Source of the DNA: a virus
Taxonomy: Duplodnaviria; Caudoviricetes
Length of the DNA stretch: 53,289 bases
Strand: one strand, 5' to 3'
IMG/VR virus record: IMGVR_UViG_3300030101_004884
Location: 1-53,289 of that record
Part shown: in pieces, positions 34,181 to 44,839 of the stretch
How the letters are laid out: each line of letters opens with the position of its first letter
How positions within the stretch are numbered: position 1 is the first letter of the stretch
Program-made: the position numbers and the translations under genes
The notes under the pieces: model-generated
What the model saw: the letters and a program-made list of their open reading frames with translations, nothing else
Told to the model about the DNA's origin: nothing
Database searches by the model: none

Positions 34181-35245
34181 ATGGTTGATTTATCAGGTCA
34201 GTCTATTGGGGCTACCCGCATTACTGCAATCGCAGGCATTAACCCGTACACCAAACCTATTGATGTATGGAGTGAGATCATGGGCATTTCTGAGGGCTTC
34301 TCAGGGAACGAGGCCTCGCGTCTAGGGCTACAGTTAGAGCCCACTGTGGCGAAAGATTACGCCATAAAAAACAATTATGCTTTCAACGTAGACGACTATG
34401 TTTACGATGGTCTTGGCAACAACTCCTACGTCGGCTCGAAAGAGCTTTTGTCTCCTGATGGAAAACTGGCCCTTCAGCCAGGAAACAAGGTGTATCACCC
34501 TGATGTTCCATACTTTCACTGCACCCCTGACTTTCTCATTCCTAATGCCAAGGGCGACATCGTAAAAATACTAGAGATCAAAACGTTTGGCCTGCTGTCC
34601 GGTGGGCGTGGCGCGTCAGAGGTTTGGGGTCGCGAGTTTACCGATGAAGTGCCGAGCTGGTATTTCGCGCAGGTGCAGTGGCAAATGTACATCATAGGCC
34701 CACAGGTTAAAGAGGTTGATCTGCATGTCATGGTCCCAGGTTTTGGTGACAAGCTTTTTTACACATACACGATCAAAAGAGACGATGAGCTTATAGAGAT
34801 ACTTGCAGACAAGGCACATGAGTTCTGGCAGGAAAACGTTTTAAAAGAGGTAGCGCCACCGACTGATGGTAGCGACAGTTACAAAGAATATCTCGCAGAT
34901 CGCTTTCCCAAGAACAACGCAAACGTTTTAAGTGACGATGGCACGTCTTATGCCTTGGTGGAACAGTACCTTGAGGGCAAAAAAATGATGCAAGCAGGCA
35001 AAGACATTATGCAAGAAGCCCAAAACAAGCTCAAGGAAATCATCGGTGAAAACACAGGCGTCAAGGGCTCGTGGGGCAATGTTTCTTGGAAAAACATCAA
35101 AGATGGCGAGAAAAAAGATTTTGAAGCGGCCTTCTACGCATTGGCGAAAAAGACCAAAGCAGAAAAGGATGCACAAAAAATACTGGAACAAAACACAGTC
35201 GTAAAGAAGGGTTATCGGAGATTTACCGTTAGCTCTAAGAGGTAA
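34181..35245 (+). CDS. YqaJ-like viral recombinase exonuclease
   Basis: IGA..I.AI.G.NPY, G..LEP, TPD, LEIKT and Y.AQVQWQM. Confidence 0.92.
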   Translation: MVDLSGQSIGATRITAIAGINPYTKPIDVWSEIMGISEGFSGNEASRLGLQLEPTVAKDYAIKNNYAFNVDDYVYDGLGNNSYVGSKELLSPDGKLALQPGNKVYHPDVPYFHCTPDFLIPNAKGDIVKILEIKTFGLLSGGRGASEVWGREFTDEVPSWYFAQVQWQMYIIGPQVKEVDLHVMVPGFGDKLFYTYTIKRDDELIEILADKAHEFWQENVLKEVAPPTDGSDSYKEYLADRFPKNNANVLSDDGTSYALVEQYLEGKKMMQAGKDIMQEAQNKLKEIIGENTGVKGSWGNVSWKNIKDGEKKDFEAAFYALAKKTKAEKDAQKILEQNTVVKKGYRRFTVSSKR

Positions 35246-35247
35246 AC

Positions 35248-35952
35248 ATGAACAATAGCAGCAAAAAAGGGAGCATGGCTATGGTACTAGCAAAACAACA
35301 GGAAGAAGTAGGGTCACGAGGGATTGTTCTTCATTCATTTGAAGACTTGAAGCGTTTTTGTAGCGCATCGGCAGCCTCGGGTTATTTTAAGGACGCGCAA
35401 GACGTGGCTAAGGCAATCGTCAAAGTGCAGGCAGGAATGGAGCTTGGTGTTCCACCGATTGCAAGCATGGCAGGCATTCACATCGTGGAAGGCAAGCCTA
35501 CGTTGTCATCAGGCCTTATTGCGTCACGCATCAAAGCCAGCGGCAAGTATCGGTTTGTTGTCAAAAAGCATACCGAAACCGAGTGCGAGCTTGAGTTCAA
35601 GGAAAAGCTTGATGGCTCTTGGGAGTCTGTTGGTGTTGCGTCGTTTACCATGGCGGATGCGGCGAAGGCAGGCATTGGTGGTCGCACCAACTGGAAGCGT
35701 TACCCTAAGAACATGTTATTCGCTCGCGCCATCAGCAATGGGGCCAGATGGTATTGTGCAGACATCTTTACTGGTGCCATCTACACCACCGAAGAGATTC
35801 AGGATGACATCTCTATCGTGTCTGACGACGTTCAAACAGAGGCGGTGAATGTCACGCCCGAAGTTGTTGCGCCGAAAGAAGAAAAGGTGGACCCAAAGAA
35901 GCTCAAGGGCGCAAAGGCAATCAAAGACGCGCTGAAGAAAGACTCAAAATAA
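35248..35952 (+). CDS. RecT/Red-beta-like ssDNA annealing protein
   Basis: G.ELG.PP..S...I..VEGKP and W..YP..ML.ARA; adjacent to YqaJ. Confidence 0.8.
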   Translation: MNNSSKKGSMAMVLAKQQEEVGSRGIVLHSFEDLKRFCSASAASGYFKDAQDVAKAIVKVQAGMELGVPPIASMAGIHIVEGKPTLSSGLIASRIKASGKYRFVVKKHTETECELEFKEKLDGSWESVGVASFTMADAAKAGIGGRTNWKRYPKNMLFARAISNGARWYCADIFTGAIYTTEEIQDDISIVSDDVQTEAVNVTPEVVAPKEEKVDPKKLKGAKAIKDALKKDSK

Positions 35953-35966
35953 AAAAGGGAGAGAGC

Positions 35967-36431
35967 ATGACAACAGCAAAGAATAACACAGCATGGAGAA
36001 GCACAAGCACTATGGGCAATGGCGTTAATGATGCCATGTTTGCAACCCTAGCAGGTCTTCGATACAGAATCCAAAAAGAAACAGGTGTCGATGAGGTAAA
36101 ATATGGGTTATATAGGCTCGCTAAAACTGGTTCCCGCAAGAAAGTTTGGCAGATTAGCGAGATTGCAAAATTTACCACGCTAACAGGGGCCACTGTTCGC
36201 AACTATATACAATCCGGCTTTTTAGATGCCACAAAAATAGGACACAAGTGGCTTGTCAGGCATGATGAGGTGGTTCGTGTTTTTGGTGGCCTGGGTATAC
36301 GCTTTGAGGACGGAGATCATTGTATTGAGGAGTGGAGCTTTCTCAGAGAGATGGAAACTGCTGAGGCGGCGCAACGGTTGGCGGAAGTGGACGCAGCAGA
36401 GTTTCACGCAAGAAAAGATGCAAAGTCGTAA
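35967..36431 (+). CDS. excisionase-like (HTH_17) DNA-binding protein
   Basis: ISEIAK....TVRNYIQSG.L.A.KIG..W.V. Confidence 0.75.
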   Translation: MTTAKNNTAWRSTSTMGNGVNDAMFATLAGLRYRIQKETGVDEVKYGLYRLAKTGSRKKVWQISEIAKFTTLTGATVRNYIQSGFLDATKIGHKWLVRHDEVVRVFGGLGIRFEDGDHCIEEWSFLREMETAEAAQRLAEVDAAEFHARKDAKS

Positions 36432-36684
36432 CGCAGGGCATTGCATGATGTGTGGTGCTGCATGTTTTATGCATGCAGGCCACGATCCCATATGCGTGGA
36501 TTGCTACGTGCCAGAAAATCCTACTTTTGGATGGAAGGTCCGAAAGTGGATGGAAACAAAAAACGGCAAATCGGCAGACCTGAAAAAATTCGCCACCACC
36601 TCACAAAAAGAATCTTTTTTGAACCGAGAACTCGGTCTTAAAATAAAGAAAAACAAGAAAAAAGAAACGGCAGACGATAGATGA
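36418..36684 (+). CDS. small Zn-finger hypothetical protein
   Basis: CMMC...CVDC; ATGA overlap with the helicase gene. Confidence 0.55.
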   Translation: MQSRNAGHCMMCGAACFMHAGHDPICVDCYVPENPTFGWKVRKWMETKNGKSADLKKFATTSQKESFLNRELGLKIKKNKKKETADDR

Positions 36685-38165
36685 AGCAAACACTCCGACC
36701 CTACCAAGAAGAAGCGGTTTCAAGGTGTCGAGAGTCTGTCGCAAAGCATAAAAGAGTATTGCTGCAACTGCCAACAGGCGGCGGAAAAACCACTATCGCT
36801 GCCGAGGTGATAGACCTTGCAGTAAAGAAAAATAAAACAGTTTTATTTATAGCTCATCGTCGAGAACTTATACACCAGGCCTATGAGAGGTTTACGGGTT
36901 TCGGGCTAGACTGCTCGGTGGTGCTGTCCGGCGATAAAAGATGTGACTCTGAAAAACCTGTTCAGATTGGCTCGGTGCAGACATGTGTGCGCCGGAAGAA
37001 ATACATGGCATCCATTTCGCCCGATCTTATTATTGTTGACGAGGCGCACCATGCCGTGGCGAACAGCTACGTTACCATATTGAAAATGTATCCAGACGCA
37101 GCAGTTATGGGTTTATCCGCAACACCATATCGAACGGACGGAAAAGGGCTTGGGTCGATTGATGGCTACTCTGTTTTTCAGGCGCTGGTTGTTGTGGAGA
37201 CAACGGGCTCGCTGATAAATCAGGGATATCTATCCCCTTGCGAGGTATGGGTGCCGCAGGTGTTAAGCTTTTCTAAGGTAAAGCTAGATAAGGGCGATTT
37301 CGACAGAAAAGAAGTCGAAAAAATGTTTATCGATAGGGACCTTATGGAAAATGTTGCTGCTGACTGGAAGAAATACTGCAACGGACTTCAGACGCTTGTC
37401 TTTGCGTCATCGGTTCAGCATAGCGAGTCACTGGTGGCGGTATTTAACGAGCAAGGCATCCCAGCGGAACATATTGATGGCACAACGCCTAAGCCTCAAA
37501 GAGAAAAGATACTATCACAGCTCGCAGACGGCTCTACAAGGGTCGTATCAAACTTCGGTGTGCTGACAGAGGGGTTTGATTGCCCAGCGGTTTCTGCGCT
37601 CATTCTGGCGCGTCCTACGATGTCAATGGCTCTTTACAAGCAGATGGTGGGCCGTGGGCTCAGATCTCATGAGGGAAAAACATCTGCCGTGATCCTTGAT
37701 TATGGCAAAAACACCATGCGGCACACATGGCCAACCAATGATCCGCCTGCTGATCTTTCTGACGGCTTGACGGAGAATGCAAAAACCAAGAAAAAGAAGG
37801 ACGAAGAAATAGCCGCATGGATCTGCCCTAAGTGTTGTGCTGCTACGCCCATGTCTGATGATAAATGCACAAAATGTGGTGCCCCCAAGCCAGTCGCAAA
37901 GATAAAGCATAAAAAAAAGAACTATAAGCTTATCAGGTTGAATGAAAATGATATACAATCACCGCTCACGCACTCACAAGTGCTTAAGAGAAGACTGAAG
38001 TTTTTTGAGTTAGAGGAGAAGGATAAAGCAATGGGGAGAAGCATGTGGACATCTTCATACAAATACAAATCACTGTATGGGAACATGCCTCACGACGACG
38101 GCATACTTTCTTCAGGCGAGACATATCATTATTTTAAAAACAGACCAAGGAGGGCAAAGAAGTGA
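36681..38165 (+). CDS. superfamily 2 DEAH helicase with C-terminal Zn finger
   Basis: LRPYQ, PTGGGKT, DEAHH, LSATP, LTEGFD and QMVGRGLR. Confidence 0.95.
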   Translation: MKQTLRPYQEEAVSRCRESVAKHKRVLLQLPTGGGKTTIAAEVIDLAVKKNKTVLFIAHRRELIHQAYERFTGFGLDCSVVLSGDKRCDSEKPVQIGSVQTCVRRKKYMASISPDLIIVDEAHHAVANSYVTILKMYPDAAVMGLSATPYRTDGKGLGSIDGYSVFQALVVVETTGSLINQGYLSPCEVWVPQVLSFSKVKLDKGDFDRKEVEKMFIDRDLMENVAADWKKYCNGLQTLVFASSVQHSESLVAVFNEQGIPAEHIDGTTPKPQREKILSQLADGSTRVVSNFGVLTEGFDCPAVSALILARPTMSMALYKQMVGRGLRSHEGKTSAVILDYGKNTMRHTWPTNDPPADLSDGLTENAKTKKKKDEEIAAWICPKCCAATPMSDDKCTKCGAPKPVAKIKHKKKNYKLIRLNENDIQSPLTHSQVLKRRLKFFELEEKDKAMGRSMWTSSYKYKSLYGNMPHDDGILSSGETYHYFKNRPRRAKK

Positions 38166-41143
38166 CAAAATTATTCAACTTTGACGAGCTAAGAGAAGGG
38201 CTATACAGAAGATTTAAAGATGATGATGTCTTTGAGCTTAGGCTTATGGGTGCTGTTACCGAAAACGACAGCACCAGAAGAAACTATAGCGGTTATTTTA
38301 GCGTTGTTGATTTTGATGCCATCCAAAAACACCTTTTAAGCATTAAGAACTACGAACATCTTTGGGGTTCAAACGCTCCAGTGAAAGAGGAGACAAGAAA
38401 GAGAGCCGATGGCTTGTTTAAGTCAGGGGCAGGAATACACTCCGGCAATAATGATGCAAAAAAAATAAAAAGTATCTTTATTGATTTCGATGTGGTGAAG
38501 CCAGAAAAACACAAAAACAACTGCTCTTCTGACGAGGAAAAAGCCCAGGCATGGCCATCCGTTGAGGAATGCAAATCTCTTCTTAAAAAATACAACTTTC
38601 CTGAGCCATCAGAAATCTCTGACTCCGGCAACGGCTATCACGTTCTCTACAAGTGCGACCTGCCCGTAAGCTACAGTGGCCTTATTAAGCGTTTTTTAAA
38701 GATCTTAAAATACCACCTTGCAAACGACCATGTTAAAATTGATGAGTCCGTTCATAATCCAGGTCGAATGATTCGCCTCCCTGGAACACTGAATCAAAAG
38801 GGCAAGGATTTGCCTGATAGACCTCATCGCATGACGGGCGTAATAGAAGAAAACCCACCGCAAGAGGTTACACTTGAAATGCTTGAGGCTTTCGTCGCTG
38901 CAAACTCTTGGGTGGAAAAAAGCGAATCGTCTCAGGTTTCAAACAAGTGCGATCTCTCCATAAAAGAAATTGCTGAAACTTCTGGCGCAGAAATAAGAAA
39001 TCTTGGCAACCCGATAAAAAGCGGCTCTAACCTTGTTTATAAATGCAAGTGCGTCATGTGCAACAGTGCCAATTATGATGCGTGGATCACCAAGTATAAA
39101 GATGGTTTTTCCTACGGCTGTTTTCATGACACTTGTGACGCCAAAAAGGGTGGGACCGCTAAGTTTGCGAAAAAATTTGGCATACCTCTAAAGCAGATCA
39201 GAGCCGAAGAGGGTGAAGAGATTTTGATTTCGGAGTCTTTCAGGAGCGAAAAGTACGATGGTCCCGCAACCCTTAAGATGCCACGAAACTACAAATACGA
39301 AGATGGCTTTATAAAAAGCATGGATGGAAAAAGCAGTAAAGACATTACGTCCCAGGCTGTTTACATATCCGCAACCCTTGAGGACGTTGAGACAGAGGAA
39401 GAGTATGTTCAGATTGCGTACACCAGAAACTCTAAATGGCGGTACAGGGTAGTCAAAAAAAGAAGCATTGTTGATAGACAAAAAATCATTGAGCTTGCAG
39501 ACAGGGGACTTTCAGTTGGTTCCGATAATGCAACGGCGTTGATTGGTTATCTTCGCAGTTTTCACATTGAAAACGAAAATAGGATGAAGCTGGCTCGCTC
39601 AAGCTCAAGAATGGGGTGGCAGGAAGTTGATGGGGAGATGGGGTTTCTTTGGGGGGAGAAATACATAGGTAAGGACAGCGTTATATCCAACGAGGTTATG
39701 TCAAATCAGTCAGCACGTCACTGGCCTGACAACAGCATCTTTTTTCAGGCGGCATCCAGCGGTGAAACACAGCTTGTTAAAACGTTGACCTCGAACGGTA
39801 CGCTTGACGGATGGCGGTCTACAATGCAGTGGTGTTGTGAGCATCCAAATCTGTTAAGTATGATTCTTGGTTCTTTCTGCTCTCCCTTACTGGAGGTTTT
39901 AAACCAAGACAACTTCGTCATGGATTACTGCAACCGCACTTCATCCGGTAAAACCACGGGACTTGTTTTTGCTTCATCGATATGGGGAAACCCTGATAAA
40001 TCAAAAGGTGGATCATTAATAAGGTCATGGGATATTACACCGACAAGTGCAGAGCGAGTAGCCCACGCAAGAAACCACATGCCTTTGTTTATGGATGACA
40101 CCAAAGCGGCTCGTGACCTTGCAGTGGTGGTGAACATTGTCTACAAACTGGCGAGTTCTCAAAACAGGGGTCGAGGAAATATCTCTGGCACTGATATGGA
40201 TAAAAACTTTAGAAACGTGATCATATCAACCGGAGAGGAAAGCCTAGCTGACTTTTCTAAGGATGGCGGTTCAATAGCTCGCGTCTTACAGGTGTCTGGC
40301 CCTATGTTTACAAAGATGGGCAAGGGCTTTTCTGTGGAGATGCAGGAAAGGGTGAACGAGGTATATCAGAACTACGGTATGGCTGGCCCAATGTTCGTTA
40401 AATATATAGCGGAAAATCGTAACAGATGGGATGAGTGGCGCACTTTGCATCGTGAAAAAATGCTTAGGGTTAACACCAGAAATGAAAACATCTTGAATCG
40501 TCTTGCTAAATGCATGGCAACGATTATGGTGTGTGCTGACATTTTAAGAGAGTCTGGAATACTTGAGCTTGATCAATCGCAAGTAGATGAAGCACTAGAC
40601 CTTATCTGGACGAAGTGTAGAGAAAATACTGACGACTCAGACAGAGAGGCCTCTGCTCTTATGTGCGTAGAGGAGGGTCTTTTGGAAAAGCGGGATTGCG
40701 TTGTTGTTGTTGAGTACAATAGTATTGGGGATGTAAACTATAGAAAAACGCTTGCAGATAATGACAACTCGGCGTTCGTAAGACCAGGATTTGAGCCCAT
40801 TGCTAAATGTCACACTAGCAAAGCAGGGCGGGTTACTATGCTCGCGGTTGCAATAAAGACGATAAAGGACATCTTGTCTAGAAACGGGTACAATCCTCGG
40901 GCTCTCATTTCTCAGTGGAGAGAGAAGGGCTGGCTTATTGAAGACCAGGGGTCTAAAACGCCAGTTGTTAATCTTGGTAAAAAGGCACGGTCGAGGTGTG
41001 TTGTTTTTAATGAAAAAGCATGTGAGAAGCTCAGCCTTTACGGAGAAGAAGAAAAAAGCTTAAGTGCCGCCATCACAGAGGCAAAAGAAGACATGCTTAT
41101 GGATGATTACGGCGACAGTTACAATGAATGGGATACGGTATGA
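38162..41143 (+). CDS. primase-helicase (AEP-like primase, Zn finger, DUF927 helicase)
   Basis: FIDFD, DSGNGYH, RLPGT.N.K; CxxC...C.H..C; SSGKTT, PLFMDD and ISTGE. Confidence 0.88.
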   Translation: MTKLFNFDELREGLYRRFKDDDVFELRLMGAVTENDSTRRNYSGYFSVVDFDAIQKHLLSIKNYEHLWGSNAPVKEETRKRADGLFKSGAGIHSGNNDAKKIKSIFIDFDVVKPEKHKNNCSSDEEKAQAWPSVEECKSLLKKYNFPEPSEISDSGNGYHVLYKCDLPVSYSGLIKRFLKILKYHLANDHVKIDESVHNPGRMIRLPGTLNQKGKDLPDRPHRMTGVIEENPPQEVTLEMLEAFVAANSWVEKSESSQVSNKCDLSIKEIAETSGAEIRNLGNPIKSGSNLVYKCKCVMCNSANYDAWITKYKDGFSYGCFHDTCDAKKGGTAKFAKKFGIPLKQIRAEEGEEILISESFRSEKYDGPATLKMPRNYKYEDGFIKSMDGKSSKDITSQAVYISATLEDVETEEEYVQIAYTRNSKWRYRVVKKRSIVDRQKIIELADRGLSVGSDNATALIGYLRSFHIENENRMKLARSSSRMGWQEVDGEMGFLWGEKYIGKDSVISNEVMSNQSARHWPDNSIFFQAASSGETQLVKTLTSNGTLDGWRSTMQWCCEHPNLLSMILGSFCSPLLEVLNQDNFVMDYCNRTSSGKTTGLVFASSIWGNPDKSKGGSLIRSWDITPTSAERVAHARNHMPLFMDDTKAARDLAVVVNIVYKLASSQNRGRGNISGTDMDKNFRNVIISTGEESLADFSKDGGSIARVLQVSGPMFTKMGKGFSVEMQERVNEVYQNYGMAGPMFVKYIAENRNRWDEWRTLHREKMLRVNTRNENILNRLAKCMATIMVCADILRESGILELDQSQVDEALDLIWTKCRENTDDSDREASALMCVEEGLLEKRDCVVVVEYNSIGDVNYRKTLADNDNSAFVRPGFEPIAKCHTSKAGRVTMLAVAIKTIKDILSRNGYNPRALISQWREKGWLIEDQGSKTPVVNLGKKARSRCVVFNEKACEKLSLYGEEEKSLSAAITEAKEDMLMDDYGDSYNEWDTV

Positions 41144-41556
41144 AAAGAATAAAACACGGTGACAGATACTATTTTATGGACGACTTTATTGCAGCGTTTT
41201 GCACCAACGGGCCTGATGGATTAATTGAAAAGATAGACCTGTGGCCTTGGGCGAAACAGAAAAGAGTTGTTGATGAGGTCTTAAGGCAGACCATAGAATT
41301 TGCCAACAAAAGCTTCTGGCAAGATCTTGATGTGTGGTATGAGAAAAAACAAATATTGCACGATAGACCGAAAAAGCTTCCAAAGATCAATGAAAGAAGG
41401 TATTACAAGTCAACAAACATAAATAACTCTAGATATACGTATCTTAGAATACCTGTAAATATATACTCAAAGGAGGGTGGGGACGTGTTTAAGGTTTCGT
41501 TTGGAAGTAAAAAAATAACTATAACAAAAGTAGAGGGAGAAAATAATGAGCAATAA
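41140..41556 (+). CDS. hypothetical protein
   Basis: ATGA overlap with the primase stop. Confidence 0.6.
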   Translation: MKRIKHGDRYYFMDDFIAAFCTNGPDGLIEKIDLWPWAKQKRVVDEVLRQTIEFANKSFWQDLDVWYEKKQILHDRPKKLPKINERRYYKSTNINNSRYTYLRIPVNIYSKEGGDVFKVSFGSKKITITKVEGENNEQ

Positions 41557-41857
41557 AAACTTTAAGCACGAGGCGTTAACATTTATGCATCTTTTGCGTT
41601 TTAACGCCATTGAGAGGTGTGAAACAGATGCTGAAAGAATAGAGTTTTTCTATGATTTCGCAGAGGCCATTGGGATGAATTTTTCAAAGCACTTTGAAGA
41701 CACAAAGGCGCAATATGGCCAGCAGATTGCAGATCACATGGTTTTATCTTTTGTTGAAACCGCGTGCGCTGTAAACCCAGATTTCGCAAAAACCATTAAA
41801 GGCATTGTAGATAGATGCTTTGGTGGTGTTGTGGAAAAACAGGAATACTTAAACTAA
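41546..41857 (+). CDS. hypothetical protein
   Basis: GAGGGAG RBS; operon packing. Confidence 0.65.
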   Translation: MSNKNFKHEALTFMHLLRFNAIERCETDAERIEFFYDFAEAIGMNFSKHFEDTKAQYGQQIADHMVLSFVETACAVNPDFAKTIKGIVDRCFGGVVEKQEYLN

Positions 41858-41869
41858 AAAGGAGAAAAT

Positions 41870-42223
41870 ATGTCTAGTATGAACGTAGTAACATTGGTTG
41901 GAAACATGGGTAAAGACCCTAAGATCTTTGATGGCAACACCAAGGTCGCCAAATTTAGCATTGCAACCAATGAGTTTGTTAAGCAGGAAAAAAAGACCGA
42001 ATGGCACAACATCGTGGCTTTCGGAAAAACTGCTGACATTATAGAGGCTTACGCAAAGAAGGGCACAAAGATCGGTGTTTTAGGCCGCTTAAGCAACGGT
42101 TCCTATGAAAAAGACGGTCAAACCGTGTATTATACTGAAGTTATTGCGAATAACGTTCAGCTTTTGTCTCCCAAGGGCACATCCGAGGGGAACAACTTCA
42201 GTAACGATCAAATACCATTCTAG
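41870..42223 (+). CDS. ssb: single-stranded DNA-binding protein
   Basis: MNVVTLVGN.GKDP, TEWHNIVAFGK and acidic DQIPF tail. Confidence 0.95.
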   Translation: MSSMNVVTLVGNMGKDPKIFDGNTKVAKFSIATNEFVKQEKKTEWHNIVAFGKTADIIEAYAKKGTKIGVLGRLSNGSYEKDGQTVYYTEVIANNVQLLSPKGTSEGNNFSNDQIPF

Positions 42224-42261
42224 TGGGCCGTGCGTCACGGCTTACTATGGAGCAGTGAGCC

Positions 42262-42510
42262 GTGGCCAACACCTTAAAAGACAGAGTAGAAGAACTAGAA
42301 GATAAAAACGAGAACCTGGAGCGCGAGATCGAAAACATGGAGATTCGTGTTCAAAGCCTCGAAGAGCAACAGCAGCCAATCCTTGAAAAGATAGCGTCCT
42401 ACAGAGAAGCTGAAGTTCGTATTGAGGGGGCCATAACAGGCCTTAAGTGGCTGGCTGGCTTATTAACGTTTTTAGCAACATTGGGTCATTGCATTCCTAT
42501 TGATTACTAA
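42262..42510 (+). CDS. coiled-coil protein with C-terminal TM
   Basis: Heptad pattern followed by a hydrophobic end; GGAG RBS before GTG. Confidence 0.6.
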   Translation: MANTLKDRVEELEDKNENLEREIENMEIRVQSLEEQQQPILEKIASYREAEVRIEGAITGLKWLAGLLTFLATLGHCIPIDY

Positions 42511-42519
42511 GGAGTAAAA

Positions 42520-43221
42520 ATGACCTGGACCTTAAAGCAAGGCGACTGGCGAGATGAGCTGGCCGACATCGAAGAAGTTGACGCAATCATAACCGACCCG
42601 CCATTTGGCGCACGAACACACAAGGGCGATGCCGCAGCAGCGGTTCAACAAAAGTCAGCAACAGGTCAAAGCAAGCGGCGACCTATTACGTATAAAAACT
42701 TTCACCCTGCTGATGTTTATGAGTTTGTTTATTCGTGGCAACATCGCAACAAGGGATGGTGGATTTGCATTACATCGCACGATCTGATTCCCGCATGGGA
42801 GCAAGCCTTTAGAGAGATCGGGCTATACTCGTTTGCTCCGCTGCCGTTTATACGTAAAGTGCCGAGGCTTTTAGGCGACGGTCCCGCGTCATGGGCTGAC
42901 TATATCATGGCGGCGCGGCCAAGAAACATTAACTACAGTAGATGGGGATGCAGACCAGGCGCTTACGTGCTTGAGAAGGGCCATTACGAGCGTAAAAAGA
43001 TCGCGGTAGGCGGTAAGCCTATATGGTTAATGAAGAAGCTTGTAGAGGACTACACGAAGCCTGGTGACGTTGTATGCGACCCTTTTGCTGGTGGGGCCAC
43101 AACTCTAGCTGCTGCCACAATGCTTGGGCGCAAGTCTGTAGGGTGTGAGCTGCGCGAGGAGATATACCAAAAGGCGCTAGAGCGTTTATCGGGAATCACA
43201 ACAGAATCGGATGCTGCATGA
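42520..43221 (+). CDS. DNA N6-adenine/N4-cytosine methyltransferase (beta class)
   Basis: ITDPPF precedes KP..L and DPFAGGATT. Confidence 0.9.
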   Translation: MTWTLKQGDWRDELADIEEVDAIITDPPFGARTHKGDAAAAVQQKSATGQSKRRPITYKNFHPADVYEFVYSWQHRNKGWWICITSHDLIPAWEQAFREIGLYSFAPLPFIRKVPRLLGDGPASWADYIMAARPRNINYSRWGCRPGAYVLEKGHYERKKIAVGGKPIWLMKKLVEDYTKPGDVVCDPFAGGATTLAAATMLGRKSVGCELREEIYQKALERLSGITTESDAA

Positions 43222-43685
43222 TCATTGTAAGTTTTGACCCTGGCGCTAAAACAGGATTTTGTATCCGCGAAGACTCAGAGGTCTTGCTGTCGGGAACAGA
43301 GGACCGTGAAAAGGCTGTAGAGGTTGTAAAAAACTTTATTGAGCCTGGGGTGCCGGACATTGTTGTTATTGAGGGTGCCTACGTCCCTATGGCGTCGGCA
43401 GGATACATTAGCGGTATTCTCAAGCTGTGTAAGACATCAGGATTTATTGAGGGCGTTTGCTACGCTTATTGGCGCGATGCTCTCGTATGGAGGCCTCTGT
43501 CCACACAATGGCGTTCAGTGTTAGGGCTACGCCCAAAAAACAGAGACGAAGCCAAAGCGGTTGTTTTGGCCTGGGCTGAGGCTCATGTCGGTAGAAAAAT
43601 CGAGGGGCCGCGTGGTGGTGTGGCTCACGACGAGGCCGAGGCGATTGCGATGGGCGCTGCTGCATTTATTAAGTTCCTAAACTAG
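43218..43685 (+). CDS. RuvC-like Holliday junction resolvase
   Basis: SFDPG..TG, VVIE, W...G and DEAEA. Confidence 0.8.
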   Translation: MIIVSFDPGAKTGFCIREDSEVLLSGTEDREKAVEVVKNFIEPGVPDIVVIEGAYVPMASAGYISGILKLCKTSGFIEGVCYAYWRDALVWRPLSTQWRSVLGLRPKNRDEAKAVVLAWAEAHVGRKIEGPRGGVAHDEAEAIAMGAAAFIKFLN

Positions 43686-43856
43686 GTAGCCACACTCTAT
43701 AAGCTTTTCTTTGTACTGTGCGTTTTCTTCCATGATGGCCTTCATCACTTGCCTACACAGCACTGCTTCCGCCTGTGCAGCCTCTGCCTTCTCTTTTGTT
43801 TTGCGTGTTTCCTGTTCAATGGTTTGAAGTCGAAGTTCTAAATCTCTTTGGTTCAT
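43677..43856 (-). CDS. small coiled-coil protein, last gene of the minus arm
   Basis: GAGG RBS before MNQRD; converges with the RuvC-like gene. Confidence 0.6.
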   Translation of the reverse strand: MNQRDLELRLQTIEQETRKTKEKAEAAQAEAVLCRQVMKAIMEENAQYKEKLIECGYLV

Positions 43857-43864
43857 CTGGGCCT

Positions 43865-44365
43865 CTAATACTGATATGTTTCGGCCTCCAACTCTTGGTG
43901 AAAGCCACAATAGATACAACTGTAGTATCTTTCTTTATACCCCTTTGCGAGGTGTAAGCCCATGGATCTGCACTTAGGACACACTTTTTGAGATCCTCCC
44001 TTTCTCGGCGGCCCTCCGGCAACATAGCCGTAACTCACAGGCACCAAACTCTCTCTGTATGCGTTCATATAGACAACTTCGCATGCCTTTCTTGGCGATT
44101 TTTTATTTTTGGATGAGCATTTTTTAGATGATGACTGTATCCTGAAGGGATCAAGAATGTCTTTTATATTTAACCTGCTTTTATTGCGCCTACTGTCTCT
44201 TAAAGCAAAAAAAAGCTCTTCCCTGGCAGTTCTTCCCTGGGGTTTTTTTTCGCTTTTCTTCATTTGAACCCTGTAAGACTGAAGTATTTGTTTTACTTGG
44301 GTGTCAAAATCTAAAGCATTAAAGATGTCAATTATTTTTCTGGCGAGTTCTTCTCTTGCGGTCAT
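43865..44365 (-). CDS. basic protein with C-terminal Zn ribbon
   Basis: CPKC...CIYCG; GGAGG RBS. Confidence 0.7.
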   Translation of the reverse strand: MTAREELARKIIDIFNALDFDTQVKQILQSYRVQMKKSEKKPQGRTAREELFFALRDSRRNKSRLNIKDILDPFRIQSSSKKCSSKNKKSPRKACEVVYMNAYRESLVPVSYGYVAGGPPRKGGSQKVCPKCRSMGLHLAKGYKERYYSCIYCGFHQELEAETYQY

Positions 44366-44643
44366 TGTTCCTCCTGTGGCTTGTCAAAACACACATGCAT
44401 TTTTATCTCAACAAGACCACAGTGTTCACATTTTACCTTTATTCCGCACTTAGAGCAGTTATACTCAGGCTGCCCCCCAAACAGACCACAAGTAAAGCAT
44501 CTATCAACGCCATTCGCCATTTTTTTCTTCTTCAACTTTTCCTCGACAGACTTCCCCAGTCTCTCTTTTATCACACTTTTTTTATAACGTGTGGGTCTGC
44601 GAGGCTTGCGTATCGGAAAATCCGACGATCTGGTATCCGCCAT
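44362..44643 (-). CDS. Cys-rich Zn-finger protein (start uncertain)
   Basis: CFTCG, CSKCG and CEHCG; ATGA overlap with the next gene. Confidence 0.5.
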   Translation of the reverse strand: MADTRSSDFPIRKPRRPTRYKKSVIKERLGKSVEEKLKKKKMANGVDRCFTCGLFGGQPEYNCSKCGIKVKCEHCGLVEIKMHVCFDKPQEEQ

Positions 44644-44839
44644 CGGCGATATGAGCGTACTTGCATACCGTAACCATGTACTCAGAAAACGGCTCCAAAA
44701 GGCTGGATGCACAGCACCTCCTAACCCTTTGAAGCAATTCTTTAACACCAATTTTGTAAACAATTTCTTTTTTACCACTATACGGAATCCCTAGATCTTC
44801 ACAGGTTTCACGAGTGAAAAACAAAACCATTGAGGTCAT
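44582..44839 (-). CDS. hypothetical protein
   Basis: ATGA coupling to the stop at 44836. Confidence 0.45.
   Translation of the reverse strand: MTSMVLFFTRETCEDLGIPYSGKKEIVYKIGVKELLQRVRRCCASSLLEPFSEYMVTVCKYAHIADGGYQIVGFSDTQASQTHTL

Noticed and set aside
35967-36431. Lysogeny module inferred from excisionase-like HTH proteins
   Set aside because: No integrase, CI-like repressor or ParA was recognised anywhere in the genome.
8511-43685. Alternative genetic code
   Set aside because: Core genes are full length under the standard code and end in all three stop codons.
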